Below are positions 41,766 through 56,600 of a stretch of 64,000 nucleotides of DNA, one piece after another. The notes beneath the pieces are model-generated. The model saw only the letters and a program-made list of their open reading frames with translations, had not been told where the DNA came from and did not search any database. A program made the position numbers and the translations under genes. Within the stretch, counting starts at the first letter, position 1; every line of letters starts with the position of its first letter. Source of the stretch: Hydrolagus affinis (lineage: Eukaryota); NCBI GenBank assembly GCA_012026655.1, contig JAAILG010001443.1, forward strand, positions 1 to 64,000, read 5' to 3'.

Positions 41766-44700
41766 TATAAGTGAAGCAAACGACTTTTTTCCCTTCCCCT
41801 GCTTTCTGCAGCAAGAATTTTCAATCAGATTTTGTAACCCAAAGTATTGAGAACATCAAAGCAGGGACAGCCCAATGGTACAGTGGAATGGTACAGAAGA
41901 GAGGAAAATAAATTTAATCCAAAGTATGGTTTTAAAGAGATAGGTTTTTAAGGCGGGTTTTGAAGGCAGAATGGGAGGGAGGGGGCGAGACGGAGGAGGA
42001 ATTCCAGAGGCAGGTTGGCTGAATGTTAGCCCACCGATGGTAAGGTTGGAACAGGCAGGGGAGGTGACATACAGAGTAAGCACGGCACTGATTCTCTGCC
42101 ACAGACTTGAGATGGCAACGGTGAAACGCACTTTGTGTGAGGGCAAACTGGTGTTATTACTATGATGCAGAGGAAAGCAACTTGAATGAGGGCAGACTTC
42201 CCATGTAAGACAAGACCAGAAGAATTCATTCTTGGGCAGTAAGTGGGCACATCTGCTAATGTACAGCTACCGTGCTGGGCGGGGGGGTGGGGCGATGGGG
42301 GTGAGGGGCTGGCGATGGGGGAGATCCGTATGGGGGGGGGAGCAGGCTAAGAATGGAATCTCCCTTTTTGAAACAGGAAGCCTTTATTTTGCAGTAAAAC
42401 TCATGCCTGTTTGGCAAATCAGTCCCTTGTAGAAGCAAATTTCCAGAAGAACATTCTTTAAAAAAAATTCAAAAATTTCAAGCCTAATTCTTTCAATGAA
42501 TTGAGGTATTTAAAAGCTCATTAAAACCAAATGCCATGTTGTGCAGTGCAAATAAAACATTTTACTGCAGCTTTTCTGGACTTCTAATACTGTAAGACAG
42601 GCAGAGCAGGAATTAATTGCTCACCTTTAACTTTACCGACGTGAAGTCCAGTGTGGGATTAAACACAAGGATTTTAATATAAGTGTAGTTTATAGTTAAG
42701 CATCTCTCCACTTTCTGCACCTTGGGACATCCATTTACTGTATTTTCTTTGCCATGATTTCTTCTCCACTCCTACTTAAGATCATCAATCTGCAATAATA
42801 TGCATGAATAACCAAACACTATTTGCTATATCAGTGGCTCCTAGAAATATTTTCCTGAAGCTGTCATTTAAGTGAGAACTCCGCAGAAACTCTGTTTTTA
42901 AAGTTTGCTTTGAAAGTAAAAGCAGAGAGAAAAAAAATCACAGGAGAAACAAAAAAGTGGAACGCACTGCAAAGCTGCTACACTTTTCTCTTCAAACAGT
43001 GAGAAAACGTCAGAAAATAACTATCCACAAACGCAAGATGAGGGACCTTGAATAACGAATGAAACTGAACATTTCCAAATCATCAGGCAAGACAGTTTTC
43101 TCTATTTACTGAATACATAATTAATTCCCTGGCATGAGCACGTCAGTCATGTACAGAGGAGAAAGTGTGCTGACGTGAAAATCCACCAACCTACGACAAT
43201 GAAGGTATCAATGAGGCAATAATAAAAAAAAAGTGTCACAAAACTTACCCAGGAATAAATTAGAGCCTTCACTTCCAAATCGTCTCTGAAATTCCCCTGT
43301 AGCTTGCTTTCCCAGTGGAATGAGAGTGAAGAGAAACTCTCGAGACAAGGAGGCACTTTGTATGGACGCAAAGCTTTAACACAGGGGATTTAAGGACTTT
43401 GAAGCCAAGTTTCGCCAACCGCTGAGAAATTGTTTTTCGTGCTGCCACTTGTTCCCTCCCCACTGAAATGCCTCCTTTACTCCAGACTGCTCTCAGAGTG
43501 TTTGCCTTGAACAGTAGACCGCATCATGCTGTCAGTCAAGCAGTGCATAGTTTCAGCTGGGCTTTGGTCCAAACAGACATGAAACTATTCTATTTGTGTC
43601 TGCTGTTACAATGGAAACATTCAAAACAACCTTTCGGTCAAATCCCTAATTGTACAGGCTCTTAGTTAAATACATCTGATCCCGGGATAAGTTTTCGGTC
43701 TTCAGAACAAGCAAATTGAACTTTAGCATGAGACAAGTGCTCGCTGCTCTAGGAGGACTTGCCAGTGCAGTTGAAGGTGTAAAAGCAAAGAAACAGATGG
43801 GTGGAAGGTCACTCTTTGCTGTTACTGGGACGTTGCTGTGTACAAATACTGGACCCATGTTTATCTGGGTCTCTGCACAGTTCACAGGAGCTGACAGAGC
43901 ACTCCAGGGATGTTACAACAACAACAACAAAATTACACTTGTAGAACGCCTTTCACATCCAGGAGGACGTCAGGTTTCAATCAGGTGTTTTCCTTCTTAA
44001 AGTTGATATTCTGGGAGCCGCACATTTTCTGCCAGTTCAGAGGGGTTTTTTCTTTTTAATTAACTGTCATGAAAATAAATCAGTCATACTTTGGCAGAAA
44101 GAGTTTTCTAAATTGATTTCAAACATTCTTTGCTGCATTTCTAAGCAAAGTCTGGTCAAGAGGGGAAACTCCCTGGAATTTTTTCTGCTGGTGTTATACA
44201 GGATATAGAATCCCACAACCCGTAGAAACACTGGCCAGAAACGATAAAAACAATAGCAGGTGGGGGGGAAAAAAAAGCAATTTTTTTTTTTATTTTTTCT
44301 AGTTAGCCAGGTGTCTGACACATGTGGAAACCCAGCACTGTGCGAAAGAGTATCCAAATTACACTCTCTCTCTCTCTGGAGGGAAGCATCCTGTTATAAG
44401 GCACAGGTTGATAAGAGTGAAAGCTTGGGGACCCTGGAGTGTGTGTTGGTGTAACTCCTGGAGACTAACCAGCTGAAACTGCATAGAATCCAACTCCATT
44501 AATAAGTTAGAGTCTTTCCCATTCTAGTGTTCCAAGATATTTGGACTTCTCTAGCTAACTGCGTGCCAGGGATTGAGTCTGTGGGGGAGGGAAATGATAC
44601 GACATCAAAGTTACCAACCGTGTTATCTATTCATGTCACGTGCGGTGTGACTCCACACAGCTGTAAACAGTAGCTGCAGTTTCCAGTGTTCCAATACAGG

Positions 44701-46499
44701 TCCATCTACACCAGTCAGCTACAACAACAACAACAAATTACATTTATAGCTCCTAATGAAATGATCTGACTTCACCTTTTGAGTAGTGCCTTAGAACCAC
44801 TGACTTCATTCTGTCAGTCAACACAGCCAAGTGATAATGGCACCTACCACACAGCCACTTGTGATATTATGAAAATCTACCTACTGCGGTACAAGCAACC
44901 GAACAGCAAAAACAACTTGCATTTATATCGCGCTCTTCACGAGGGGTAGCGTCCCAGAGTGCCTATGATAAAATTATATGATTTCGATTAATTCCCAGCT
45001 CATGTGTCCCTCACGAATCCTAACTGGAAACACAGGACATATCTTGAATATGCCGGATATGGAATTTAATGCTAGAAAGTGTCTTGGAGACAATAAGAGG
45101 AAGCAAGAAGCAGGACAAATCATGCAAATTGTTGGAAACAGGTACATCAATCCAACCTTGAAGACATCTGCATCTCAGGTAGCTCTTCCTAGTACCTGTA
45201 ATAACGTGCTATGGGTATTTCAGTTTCAGAAATAGCAACAACAAAATTACACTTGTATAGCACCTTTCATGTCAGGAGGACATCACAAGGCGCTGGACAG
45301 TCATTGTTTCAGACCCAAGCTGGAGACAGGGGCGGGAAGGGGGGGATTAGGAATTGCTGATGGGACCATCGAAGAGGAGAATCTTGAGGCGGGACTTGAA
45401 TTTAACAAGTGCGCTTAGAAAAACATGACACCTCCAAGAAAAAATAATTTGGGGAGGATTTAGTTCAATTTCTAAGTCTAGGCTAAAGTTTGCAATCAAT
45501 GGTTTTACAATTTCCGTGTGTATCTTGTTAGTTAAACAAAAGAACATTACCACAGACTACCTTTTTCCATTTCGTCCCAGCCTGGCAAGGTTGGAAAGAA
45601 ATGAGTAAATTAATAACAAGCTCTCTCAACCCCTTCATGAAACAATATAAACATCTGTTTCCTCACGCAAATCCGTCAGGACCCACTGAGCAACCAGATG
45701 CTAAACAATAAGCTCAGGAAGAGTGAAAGAACTGTTTGGAAAGAGATTAAGTTTGCAAGAGAGTATTTATGTAGAATTAACCGACATGATCAATGGGGAG
45801 TTTTAAAGCCAGTTTTTTTGAGTAGAGATTTTGTGAATAAGTTGCTCTCCTCTTTGTAGGCAGAGAAGCAGGGAAAACTTTTCAGAAATTTAATGTGAAA
45901 CAAATGTGGATTGGAATACAGTGATGGGCTCTGTCTGCCATGTTTCTACTGCTGATGGGGCCCAGCTGTTTGTAGCTTCAGTGTCTCACCGCACATCTGT
46001 CCAGTGTAAATAACATTCCTGTGGATGGAGTCACCGTGATGTTTACCATTGTGCACAAGATTTATTTTAGGCCGACATCTAATGGTTAATATACCAAGTG
46101 GTGGCCGGCCTGGCTCGGTTGACAGCACTCTTGCCTCTCAGAACAGAACATCATGGATTCAAGCCTCACCTCAGGACTTTGTGCTCATAGTCTAGGTCTA
46201 GGATGATGAGATGTCCTCTTGACATGAAAGGCGCTATTTAAATGTAAGTTCTGAATTTTTGATGGATTGATACACATGTGCAGTGTCAGGGGATTGTTGT
46301 TAAATTGTCAGAGCTGCCACCCTTCGATGAGGCATTAAACTGAGGTCCCGTCTGTCCTAGCGTCTGCAGTATTTTACGTCCCGTCTGTCTGTTCAGTTAA
46401 CAATCCCATTTGAAAAGAAAAGTATGTTTCTCTCTCCCAATGTCCTACCCAACAATCCCACAGCTAAAATTAGTTATCGACTTCATAACTGTTTATGAA

Positions 46500-46823
46500 C
46501 TAACTCCAAGCCCCCCACCCGAACCGCCCCACCATCGGAGGCCGGGCCTTCAGTTTCTCCGCTCCCACCCTATGGAATTCTATCCCCCAATCCCTTCGTC
46601 TCGTTTCTTCCCTTTCCTCTTTCAAGGCTGGTTTGAAGACTTTCCTCTTCGACCGTGCCTTCTGTTCCACCCCGAAATTTTTGACCTCCCCTTCGTGTTT
46701 CACCCCTGCCCAAACACTCCCCTCCCAGCTCGGGTCACACGCCCCCTGTGCAGCGCCTTGGGACGTCCTCCCGACGTGAAAGGCGCTCTATAAATGTAAT
46801 TTGTTGTTGTTGTTGTTGTTGTT
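46500..46823 (+). mobile_element. Young L2 LINE 3' fragment inserted into an older Deu-type SINE
   Basis: Contains the L2 'GGRAFS...LWNS...FKAGLKTFLF' coding tail, 3' UTR and (TTG)n. Flanked by ttatga on both sides. Confidence 0.85.
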
Positions 46824-48412
46824 ATGAGACATTGCTGTAAGAAAATTGGCTACCGTGTCCTTGCACAAAATACTATACTTTTACAGCAAAAATACAGTGA
46901 AGTGGTTGAAGTTTTATATAAAGTGTAAAAGGTATAGTGATTTAATAATACTAATAATCCTTGCATTTGATATAGTGCTTTTCACATTTTATCGACATCT
47001 CAAAGCGCTTCACAGAATATACAATACAATATTAATAACCCTATAATGCTTAATGTTGTAAAGGGAGACGCCTACTTTCACTGTTACTAATTCTAGTATT
47101 ACTGGGAGGTTAACTTGAATGGAAATCCCACTACAAAGACATTATGATTAGCAATCAGTATGAACGTTTTAATGTGTTAATGCTTGGGAATTGCTAATAA
47201 GACAGCAGCTCCCTCGCAAGGCAACATTGTGATCTTCAGTACAAAGCCCCAGCTCACAATATGAAAAATTAAGTCAAAAACCGAGGCATTTCACTACAAA
47301 GTGAACTCCTGCTGTAGAGCAGTTGTATGACGCAGTTTTACAGTCCCACAGGTAGAATTGCTGCCAGCCACAGGATTTGAGTGGCTGTCACTCACACTGG
47401 GCATTTCATGCGGTAAGTAAACACTTCTTCTTAAGAAATCTGTTCCAAAGAAAATGAGGCTCCAAATGACATCACCGCTGGGGCTCAGCATTTCGCTTAA
47501 TACACTGTACTGTTTTAATTGATTAATTTTAATTACCGCTGTGCGCAAATGGCTGCTGAGTTGTGTCCACAAACTATACAGTCAATTCGCTCCACAGTAT
47601 ATTCTGCGAAGCGCTTTACAGTATCTTCTGTAAAGACGTCTCAAAGACTTGATGAGGTGCGATATCAGATGCAAGGATTATTATTAGCAGTTGTAGTATT
47701 ATTACTGCTCTTAGTTGCAAAAAAGACTCATCTGAATTTCAGTCCCTACCTTTGAAATCATTTAAGAATCCAACAACAACAACAACAACAACAAATTACA
47801 TTTATAGAGTGCCTTTCACGTTGGGAGGACGTCCCAAGGCGCTGAAATCCCAACCCATGTAAAGTTCTAAATGTAAGCATTTCTCATTATAAAAAAAATG
47901 ACTAACTTAGATGAAACGATTGCAATGCTCCTATTCTTAGCACCAGTTATTACTGTGGTTGCTGTTGCTGCAATAAGCACACACCCAGTTCCCAAGCGGT
48001 AGAGTTAATAAACTGCCATGTCCCAGCCATACCATTATAACTCGTACTGATTTAAAAGAAGAAAGCAGATAGTCTGTACCTCAATTTTCTCTCTATCTTT
48101 CTGACACAACATCTAAAAATTTCAATTGATTTATCGATGTCTCCTCAGTTCTTATAAGCAGTTTTCCCGCAAAGGCTTCATTTTCTCCCCCAAATGTGGA
48201 AATGCAAATAGTATTTGATATTTTCACCATGTGAGCTCATAGATGAGCAGTCTAAAAACTACCTCCCCATTTATTGGGTCTTTTATTTACAAATCAATTT
48301 CCGCCCTAGCTGCTCCCTAAATCTTCAACTTGCTTACACCCCACTCTACTTCACTCAGCTGGCTCCAGCCTTCTACATGTCATGTACATGTCATCTACAT
48401 TACATATAATAA

Positions 48413-48712
48413 TGTAATAATAATCCTTGTATTTGATGTAGCGGTTTTACATCTTCTAGACATCTTAAAGCGTTTCGCAGAATACACTGTAAAGTGAATT
48501 AACTATACATATGTGGGCGAAACGCAGCAGTCAATTGCGCACAGCAGTGTCCCACAAACAGTCATAGATTGAAATGACCAATTTATTATTGGGTTTTTTT
48601 GAGGGATTATTATCAGGTTTGTGGAATAAGGAAACTTGCCCAAGGTTCCGCCCTGCCTGGAATCAAACCCAGGTCTCTCGCGTGTAAGGCGAGTGCTCTA
48701 ACCACTGAGCTC
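48413..48712 (-). mobile_element. tRNA-derived SINE
   Basis: Near full-length reverse-complement copy. Confidence 0.9.
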
Positions 48713-50359
48713 CACCCATCCTCTCCACCATCAGCAGTCGTCCTTTCAGAATCTATGCCCCAAACCTCTGGAACTGTCTGGCTGAATCCCTACCATCTTG
48801 CCTCCTCCTCATCCATCTTCAGATCACAGTCTGAAGACCTTCTTCTTTGATGGTGCCAACAGTCACATCCTCTCTCTCCTCGGCTCGACGTTAAGCTCCA
48901 CCACTAATAAGACCCTACCTCGCGTGAAGGGAGACATATAAGTGCAAGTTGTTGTTTGTTCTCTGTTGACTATTCAAATTAAATCTAAGAAGCAGTTGGC
49001 ACCAAGTTATTCAAAGACATGAATGATCTTCCCAACCCTCCCCTCATTTCACCGAGGTGACAGAGCTAACCCATATCATCACACTAATCTATAGCGTTTC
49101 AAGAAGGATATCCAGTGGTGACGTGAAAAGTTTGGATCTGTCAACAGCAAACGGTTCATCGTTGTGTTTACTTTTATCGACAGACACAAAGTGAGATTTG
49201 CGACATTCTATGCTTACAAAACAGACCGAAGGACTTACTATAGACTCGATGACTTTTTTTTTGTGTCTCATTGTTCAGTCAACTAGATCACTGCTGACAC
49301 TTTCGTCAAAAACCATTGGAACGTCACAATCAGTTGCAGTACTGACTGCAGAGTCAAAGTTTACTTCAAATGCTTCTTCGAGCGAAAATGTTTTTGATAG
49401 CGCCACCTCATGGCAATGCTACGTTAAAGTAGCAAACCCAGCAGCAAATTCATAAAAATGTCAATTCAATTTTATTATTCTAAATGTATATATAGGCACA
49501 GTTCCAATGCATGGTTTGCTTCTGAAAACCGCCTCATTCTTTTTTTGCAGTCAATAGGTTTGTATGTGGGGATGGCACAGAGAAAGCATCAACTTATGTA
49601 AATAAGTCACCAGCAATCCTTGCTTCCACAGGAGACTTGATTTCAGTCTCTGTAATGTGGCTTCTTAACTCTCTCCTTCAAAAAATTTCTCTTTAAGATT
49701 GAGGAGCCTCAATGAGCTTCACAGGATATACCTAAAGTGGATTAGCAGTGTAGCACAGTAACTTTGAGTACTTTGTGTCTGCATATCATCTTTTGAAAAA
49801 CAAAGCTTCAAATATAAACTCAATGCAGCCACTTTTTTCGTTATGTAATAATTTCCTGGTTGTGGAATCAAGCCCAATGTCACGACTCATAGATAGGCTA
49901 ACACCTTAGGTCAGTGCTGGGAAAGTGTAGCATTGTCAGAAGTGCCATCCTTCCAAAAGGTCCATTAAACTGAGCTCCTGTCTGCCTGTTGAAGCAGACA
50001 TTACATATCACCAATCAAAAATAGGAGGGAAATTGTCTCTTGGTTTCTATCAATGCGCCGGTTAAAATGAAACATTCACTTCATGGCTGTGTGCAAATTA
50101 CTGCTGCATTCGCCTACAAATACACAGTCCCTGTACTGTACAACAAATTCTGTGAAGCTCTTTGAGGTACAGTATTTCCATAACACAATAAGACACGTCC
50201 TCCCGACATGAAAGGCGCTCTCTAAATGTAATTTTTTTGTTGTTTGTTGTTGTTGTATGTCAAATCCAAGAAATATTATTATGATTACAGTCACTCTGAT
50301 TACCAATAGAAACGACAACATCACTTGGTCCATTTAGCCTTTGCTAGTGGTGCCTCCTC

Positions 50360-50695
50360 CATCCTGTGGCTTAGTGGTTAGAGCACTTGTCTTGCAAACT
50401 GGGGAGACCAAGCTGGGGAGACCTGTGTTTGAATCCAGGCAGGTCAGGGCGAAACCTTGGGCAAGTTTCCTTACTCCACATGCCTAATAATCCGTCAAAA
50501 AAGCCACAATAATAAAATTGGTCATTTCAATCCATGACTGTTTGTGGGGCACTGCTGTGCACAATTGGCTGTCGCAATTCGCCCACAAATAGACAGTCAA
50601 TTCACTTTACAGTATATTCTGTGAAGCGCTATGAAACGTCGATAAGATGTGAAAAGCACTATATCAAATGCAAAGATTATCATTTATTATTATAA
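50360..50695 (+). mobile_element. tRNA-derived SINE
   Basis: Near full-length copy with a small internal duplication (ctggggagacc x2). Confidence 0.9.
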
Positions 50696-53600
50696 CATCA
50701 CAATTACCTGCACTCTTTCACGTTTGTTTCCTTTCAAATATTGCATCCAAATTTCCTTTAAATGTTATCAGGGTCTTAGTTCCAATCAACCACGCTGTTG
50801 CCTGGAGACCGTCTATTTCTATTGAAATGTGCATTTCAATGTTAAGGTTGCTTCCCGGGGACTCCCTGTAGTTGAATGAAGTGCAGACACTGTCACCAGC
50901 ATTGTCAGTGGGACTGATTGGTGACGCTATAATCACAGAAAGACAGCTCAGTTCAGCTACCCTTGGGATGTCCAGGAATTCTTTCCACTGTTCATACACT
51001 GATTACTTTCCCGTCACCCAATGTTTCTACAGACAAGTTAACTTTACAGAAACAATGCAATGGAGTAATATATAAAAGAGCGTTGCAACATGAAAGTTCT
51101 TTGAATATTTTGATATACTTACATTTAACGGTTACTGTTGGGAATAGGACAATAATGTACACAAAATGTAAATCATAAAACCTCCTATTTTCATTGGGAT
51201 CAATAAAAAGCAACGCAACTTTCACCATCAAAAACTTCCCAGACTCTGGTCAACACCTTACAACTGGATCAAAGTTACATGCACAATTTAACGTTATTCT
51301 GTGGTAGACTATTGTATCACTCACTCTCTTCTGACAATGCTCAATTTTCTTCCCTATATGAAACAGAAATTCACCTCTCTAAGTACTTTGAGTGTTCACA
51401 CTCTGTTGATAATCCTGCAAAGTGACCCAATCAGTAATACTATCAATCTTTTTTCTTGCTCACCGATAATAGGATGTCCCACTTTAAAAAAAAGTGTAAT
51501 GAAAAGATTATGTTTTTAGCGACTCCCAAATAATCAATCCCACAGTCTCAGCTTTGCACGTTCAGTTTGTGACTTTTTTTTTACAAATTTTCAGTGATAT
51601 ACTGTATCTCTGACAGTTACCACTAATTGCGCCAACATACAGTGATAATGTAAGAGGATATTCTCAAAATTGCAAATGATGGCTAAAAGTATAATATTAA
51701 TTTGGTAGTATTGCTAAAACAAATGCATGATCTTGCATTAAAAGCTCCTTAATTAGAAAGCAGCCAGTCTAAATGCAGATTGCAGCTATAAATTTGTAAA
51801 TTAATTCTCACCCATATCCATGTATTAAGTATCGCTAAGTCATTTGAACGTAGAAATTAATATCATCATTACATCTCTTTCACAATTAATAATATGATTA
51901 AGTGATGAATTCAGCAAAATGATTCATGAATTAATTTGTGTCTTAATTAATTATTTCTGTATTATTAATCTTCCTACTTCAAATGCGCCACAAAGTGCAT
52001 TTTAAAATATCCCACAAAATACAGTCTTTGCAGTAAATTCCATGCAGAACTTTGAGAAGTCTTCCTCCTGTGAAAGGTGCTGTGTTGAAACCAAAGATTA
52101 TTGTCCTGCATTATTCTGCATTTAAATGATTGGCAGCGTACAACACCTTGTTATTCAGTTCCCCAAACAGTGGGATTACACTGGGAGTATAGAGATGTAG
52201 CCGTTCAAAGTTTGCCTGACTCCTTTAATTAACGTATAATAAAGCGAGGAACTGACGATTGAAAATTCTGAGAAGTCAGCATGAGTGATTCAGCCCTGAA
52301 AGTATGTGTCACCCATGCTTGTGGTGGACTTGGGAAGCACATACTGTAATATGCACTGCACTCCTGATTAACGCAGACAAACAATCTGTCCAGGAGCCAC
52401 AGACACTTCCTCACAGCAGCTGAGATAATAAGTGGATAGAGATTGGATGTGGGACCGCAGTTCACCACTGTGCATTAGAATGTCGTCGGAGATTTCTGTC
52501 TTCCATCCTCACAGAAACAAGTGGGAATAAAATTCCACGGAACATTAGTACAGGATTGGACATGTGCTCCAGAAATGCAGAACAATGTGAGGACTCTCCA
52601 TTAATCTCACCGGTATGAACACCTGTACACCCACATACAGAGTTTCACTTCTCTCCTTCCATCTGCACTACCCAACAAACTGATTAGAGTGAAATTAATG
52701 TCCCCTCACTGACTCAAAGGGGAATTTCAATGCATCTTGTGCCACCATGGTTGTTGTTGCGTTTGAAAAGGAAAAATTATGTCCATTACTTGACTGATCA
52801 CATTCATTTCCTAGTATTCCAATGACCACATGAGGCATATTTATCACATAAATGAGCAGTGATATTTTCTGAGCCTACAAGGAAAGCATTGTAATGCACA
52901 ATGTAAATTATCGCACAATTGTCAAGCGACTCTCAGATTTTTCAGAATGTAATTAATAGTTATCAGTAGCACATTTTTGCTGAGCTGTTATTTTAGCGAT
53001 GATAGACAGAAACAGCAATAAGCTCCCGAAATTCGATTGTGAGTCCTAGACAGAAAGTAAATCATAGTAAGTGATTTTCACGACATTGATACTTGGCTTA
53101 ATTTCTTTGCATATTACAAAGCAGCAGCAGTCTGTGCCTTATTAAAATATTACAACAAAGCATGCCTGCAGCTGCAGGAACTTGATGTACTGTGGATACT
53201 GAAGACAAACATAAGAAAAATGTACTCTTTACAGATTTCCTCAATGCCGAGGTGGAGGTGATGTGTGTGTTGTGTCTTGCTGCTCATCATGTGATCTATA
53301 ATTTGTATTACTTTACCACAAGATATCTCATTTATTTACAACATGACAGCCTGCCGCAGTGGTTCCACTCTCGTCTCTGGGTTCAAGCCATCACTTCAGG
53401 CCTTGGAATCACATAGTCTAAGCTAACACTCCAATGCAGTGCTAGGGGTTGTTGCATTACTGCCATTCGAATGAGATGTTAAACCAAAGTCTTGACTGCT
53501 TATTGAGGGGAATGTTAAAGATCCCATGGTACTAATCAGAGAGTTTCTCTCAGTGTGCTGGCCAACAAATCCCAAAAATGAAATCAGTCACTCACTTCAT

Positions 53601-56600
53601 GTCTATCTGGAGGACATTGCTGTGTGTAAGCTGGCTACCGCGTTTCAACCACAAGATACACAGTCAATCTACTTCACAGTATATCCTTTGAAGCGCTGTG
53701 AGATGTTTTGACTACGTGATAATAATAATCATAATCCTTGCATTTGACACAGCATCATATCACAACGTTCAGATATCCCAAATGGAGGCAGCGGGCAGTG
53801 GAGTGGGGAGAAAGCAGATCAGAATTCATATATATATAATATATCATATATACGCAAATATGATCAGGTTATATTGCAAATTCCTTACATCTGTCGTGCA
53901 TGAAATATATTTCCTCCCAATGACAGGTTCAGTAAAAGGATCAGATTGACAAAATGTAAAGGAAATGATTGTCTTTGTGCTGTTCATTGATTTAAGGAAT
54001 CACACCAATTGCTGTAAATGGTTCCACAGGGGATTATTCATTAGTGCAATTAATGTTGAATTCCTTTTGTTTTTTGACAGATTTACGGAAAAACAGAACA
54101 CCAGGATCTGGCTCTGACTTATTGGGAAAGGCACAAACGTTATGTCACTTTCAAGCCCACATTAATGAATTTTTTTTAATGGAAAAACAAGACTCATTTT
54201 TACCCCATAGATCTATAAGGATATTTTTATTGGTAAGATTTGTTGCATTTCTATATATGCAATGTCTCACTGGATTCTGATCTAAATCAGTGTAACTTTC
54301 AATTAACCACACAGACAGTTCCACAAAACCAATCAACGGAAACCATTCAATAAGTCTTCTATTTGCAAAAGCTTTGACATCCTTCGATAGAATAGACAGC
54401 AGAGCTTCGCAAAAGCAATGGTGTTAGAAACTACGTTTCTGCCTGTTCAAACCTAATGGCCCCAGCTAGAATAAAGCATGCAGCAACTTTTAATACCATT
54501 AGAATCATAGAATATTACACCACAAAGGAGCCCCCCTTGGTTCATCTTGCCCTTGCCAGCTCTTTGGAAGAGTTAACCAATCAGTCTCACTCCCTCGCTC
54601 TGTCCCCATATCCTTCATATTCCCTTTCAGGTACCTAACCAATTCCCTGTTTCTACCACCCTTTCATTCCAAACTGTAACTATTCTCTTCAACCACCAAT
54701 ATTGTGCCGTCCCATCTCTTGAAGGCATTTGCTTTTCGTTCCCTGTAATGGGCTGTAGTTTCTTCAGTGCTGCTTGCTGATTCACACCTATGGGTATTTT
54801 ATATGTATGAGCCTTCGCACTGACGTCCACACATCCACAAATGCGCATTTCCATCGCATATCAGCAAGGAGCCAGAACCACTGTTGCAGTTATATCAATG
54901 GGAAAACTATGCGCTTTTAGTGGGTTAGATTACCGTTGTACCTCTACCACACTTAGCCATTATGGAAACCAACTTATTCTTTATTTAACTTCACACAAAT
55001 GGAAGAATCAACAAGGCCACAAGTGATTTTTTATGCAAATGTGAATAATTTGGAAGGCTCAGATATGAAGAAAAATGACTCATTCCAAGGCAAATTAAGT
55101 TTGCAAATGTCTGTATATGCATAAGAGTGATTTAAACCACCACTTTGCTACCATTTCCTCCATACATCAACAGTCTCAATAATATCACAGGGAAGACTAA
55201 TGGTGAGCATTTATTTGAAGACAAACTTCTCTGACTGAATTTCATCGATTAATAAGGTGGACAGATGGTCCACCAGTCAACTGTCAAGAATTGCCAAGGT
55301 AGTTACAGAGAACATTTTAATTAACTGTTATGAATTATTCATGCGGTGCCTGAGATAGATCACACATGAGTGACTTGCTCAGCACCTAAACCCAATGTTG
55401 TTAGCCCTGTCCTGTCATTTTTGGCAAGTGTTGTAGAATGCATGAATCAAACTGAATGTGTCTTTGCAGGCTCCAGTCGTGGATTGCTCCACGTACCCAA
55501 TATCGCACTGCAATATCCCTCTCGTCTTATGCTATTCTAATACTAACTGTTTGATTTATTCCAGTGTTGATATAAATTTGGCATCAGACCTTTGCCAAAA
55601 GCTCAGAATACGCTATGCAGTCTGGAATCATATTCAAATCAGAATGCAAGGGTTTAACTGGGCAATCACTGTTGTGTTTCCCTTTGTATCAGCAATCAAA
55701 AGAACTACAGTAATTTAGTCCATTGATGCGTCCAACCCAAGTCCATTGCCGGGTTTGGAGTCTTCAGTCAGTTGAACCTGCATAAGGACCTTGTGAAGGA
55801 AGCTTCTAAAGTGCCCTTTGATTCTTCAAATTGGTGTCTTTAGAGAAGCAGAACCTGCCAGCCAGCCGACCAGCACCAAATTATACTGAGCAATTCAGGA
55901 CCACTCTGTATTGGGGACAAAGTCCATAGCAGAATAAGACAGGGAATTGTGCACGCATAGGAACAGGAGTAGTTGGCCATTCAGTCCCTTGATCCTGTTC
56001 TGCCATTCTATTAGATTGTGTACTTCAACTCTATTTATTTGCCTTTGCTCAATATCCCTTGATGACCTTACCTAACAAAAATCTATCAACCTCAGTTAAT
56101 TGATCTTGCATTCACAGTCTTTTGGGAGAAGAGTTTCAGGTTTCCACTACCTTTTTTGTGGCAACATAACACTTAATGTTCAAAAGATTTTCCTCACAAG
56201 TTTACGAGGGAGAGATGTTCCAGGTGACTATTTACAAATGCTTTGCAAATTTACAACTCAAATACCCACCTCAATATTGCCAATCCTTTGTGCGGTGGGG
56301 GGGAGAAGATTGTTTCTGTCATGGGTCAGCCTTGGTCATTGATTTGAATTAGAAACCAACGACAAGGGACCAGAATGCAAAATAAATTGAAGACATTCAT
56401 CTCATCTGAAGTCTATATGTTAAGAGTTTATTCAACAGGTAGATAATGATAATAATACTTACATTTAATATAGTGCTTTTCACATCAGGAGGACATCTCA
56501 AATGCTTTATACAATTTGTACACAGCAAAATCCATAAGCAGTCATGAAGTGAATGACTGACCTAGGAGATCATCAGCCAGTACAGTAAGAGAAACTCTCG

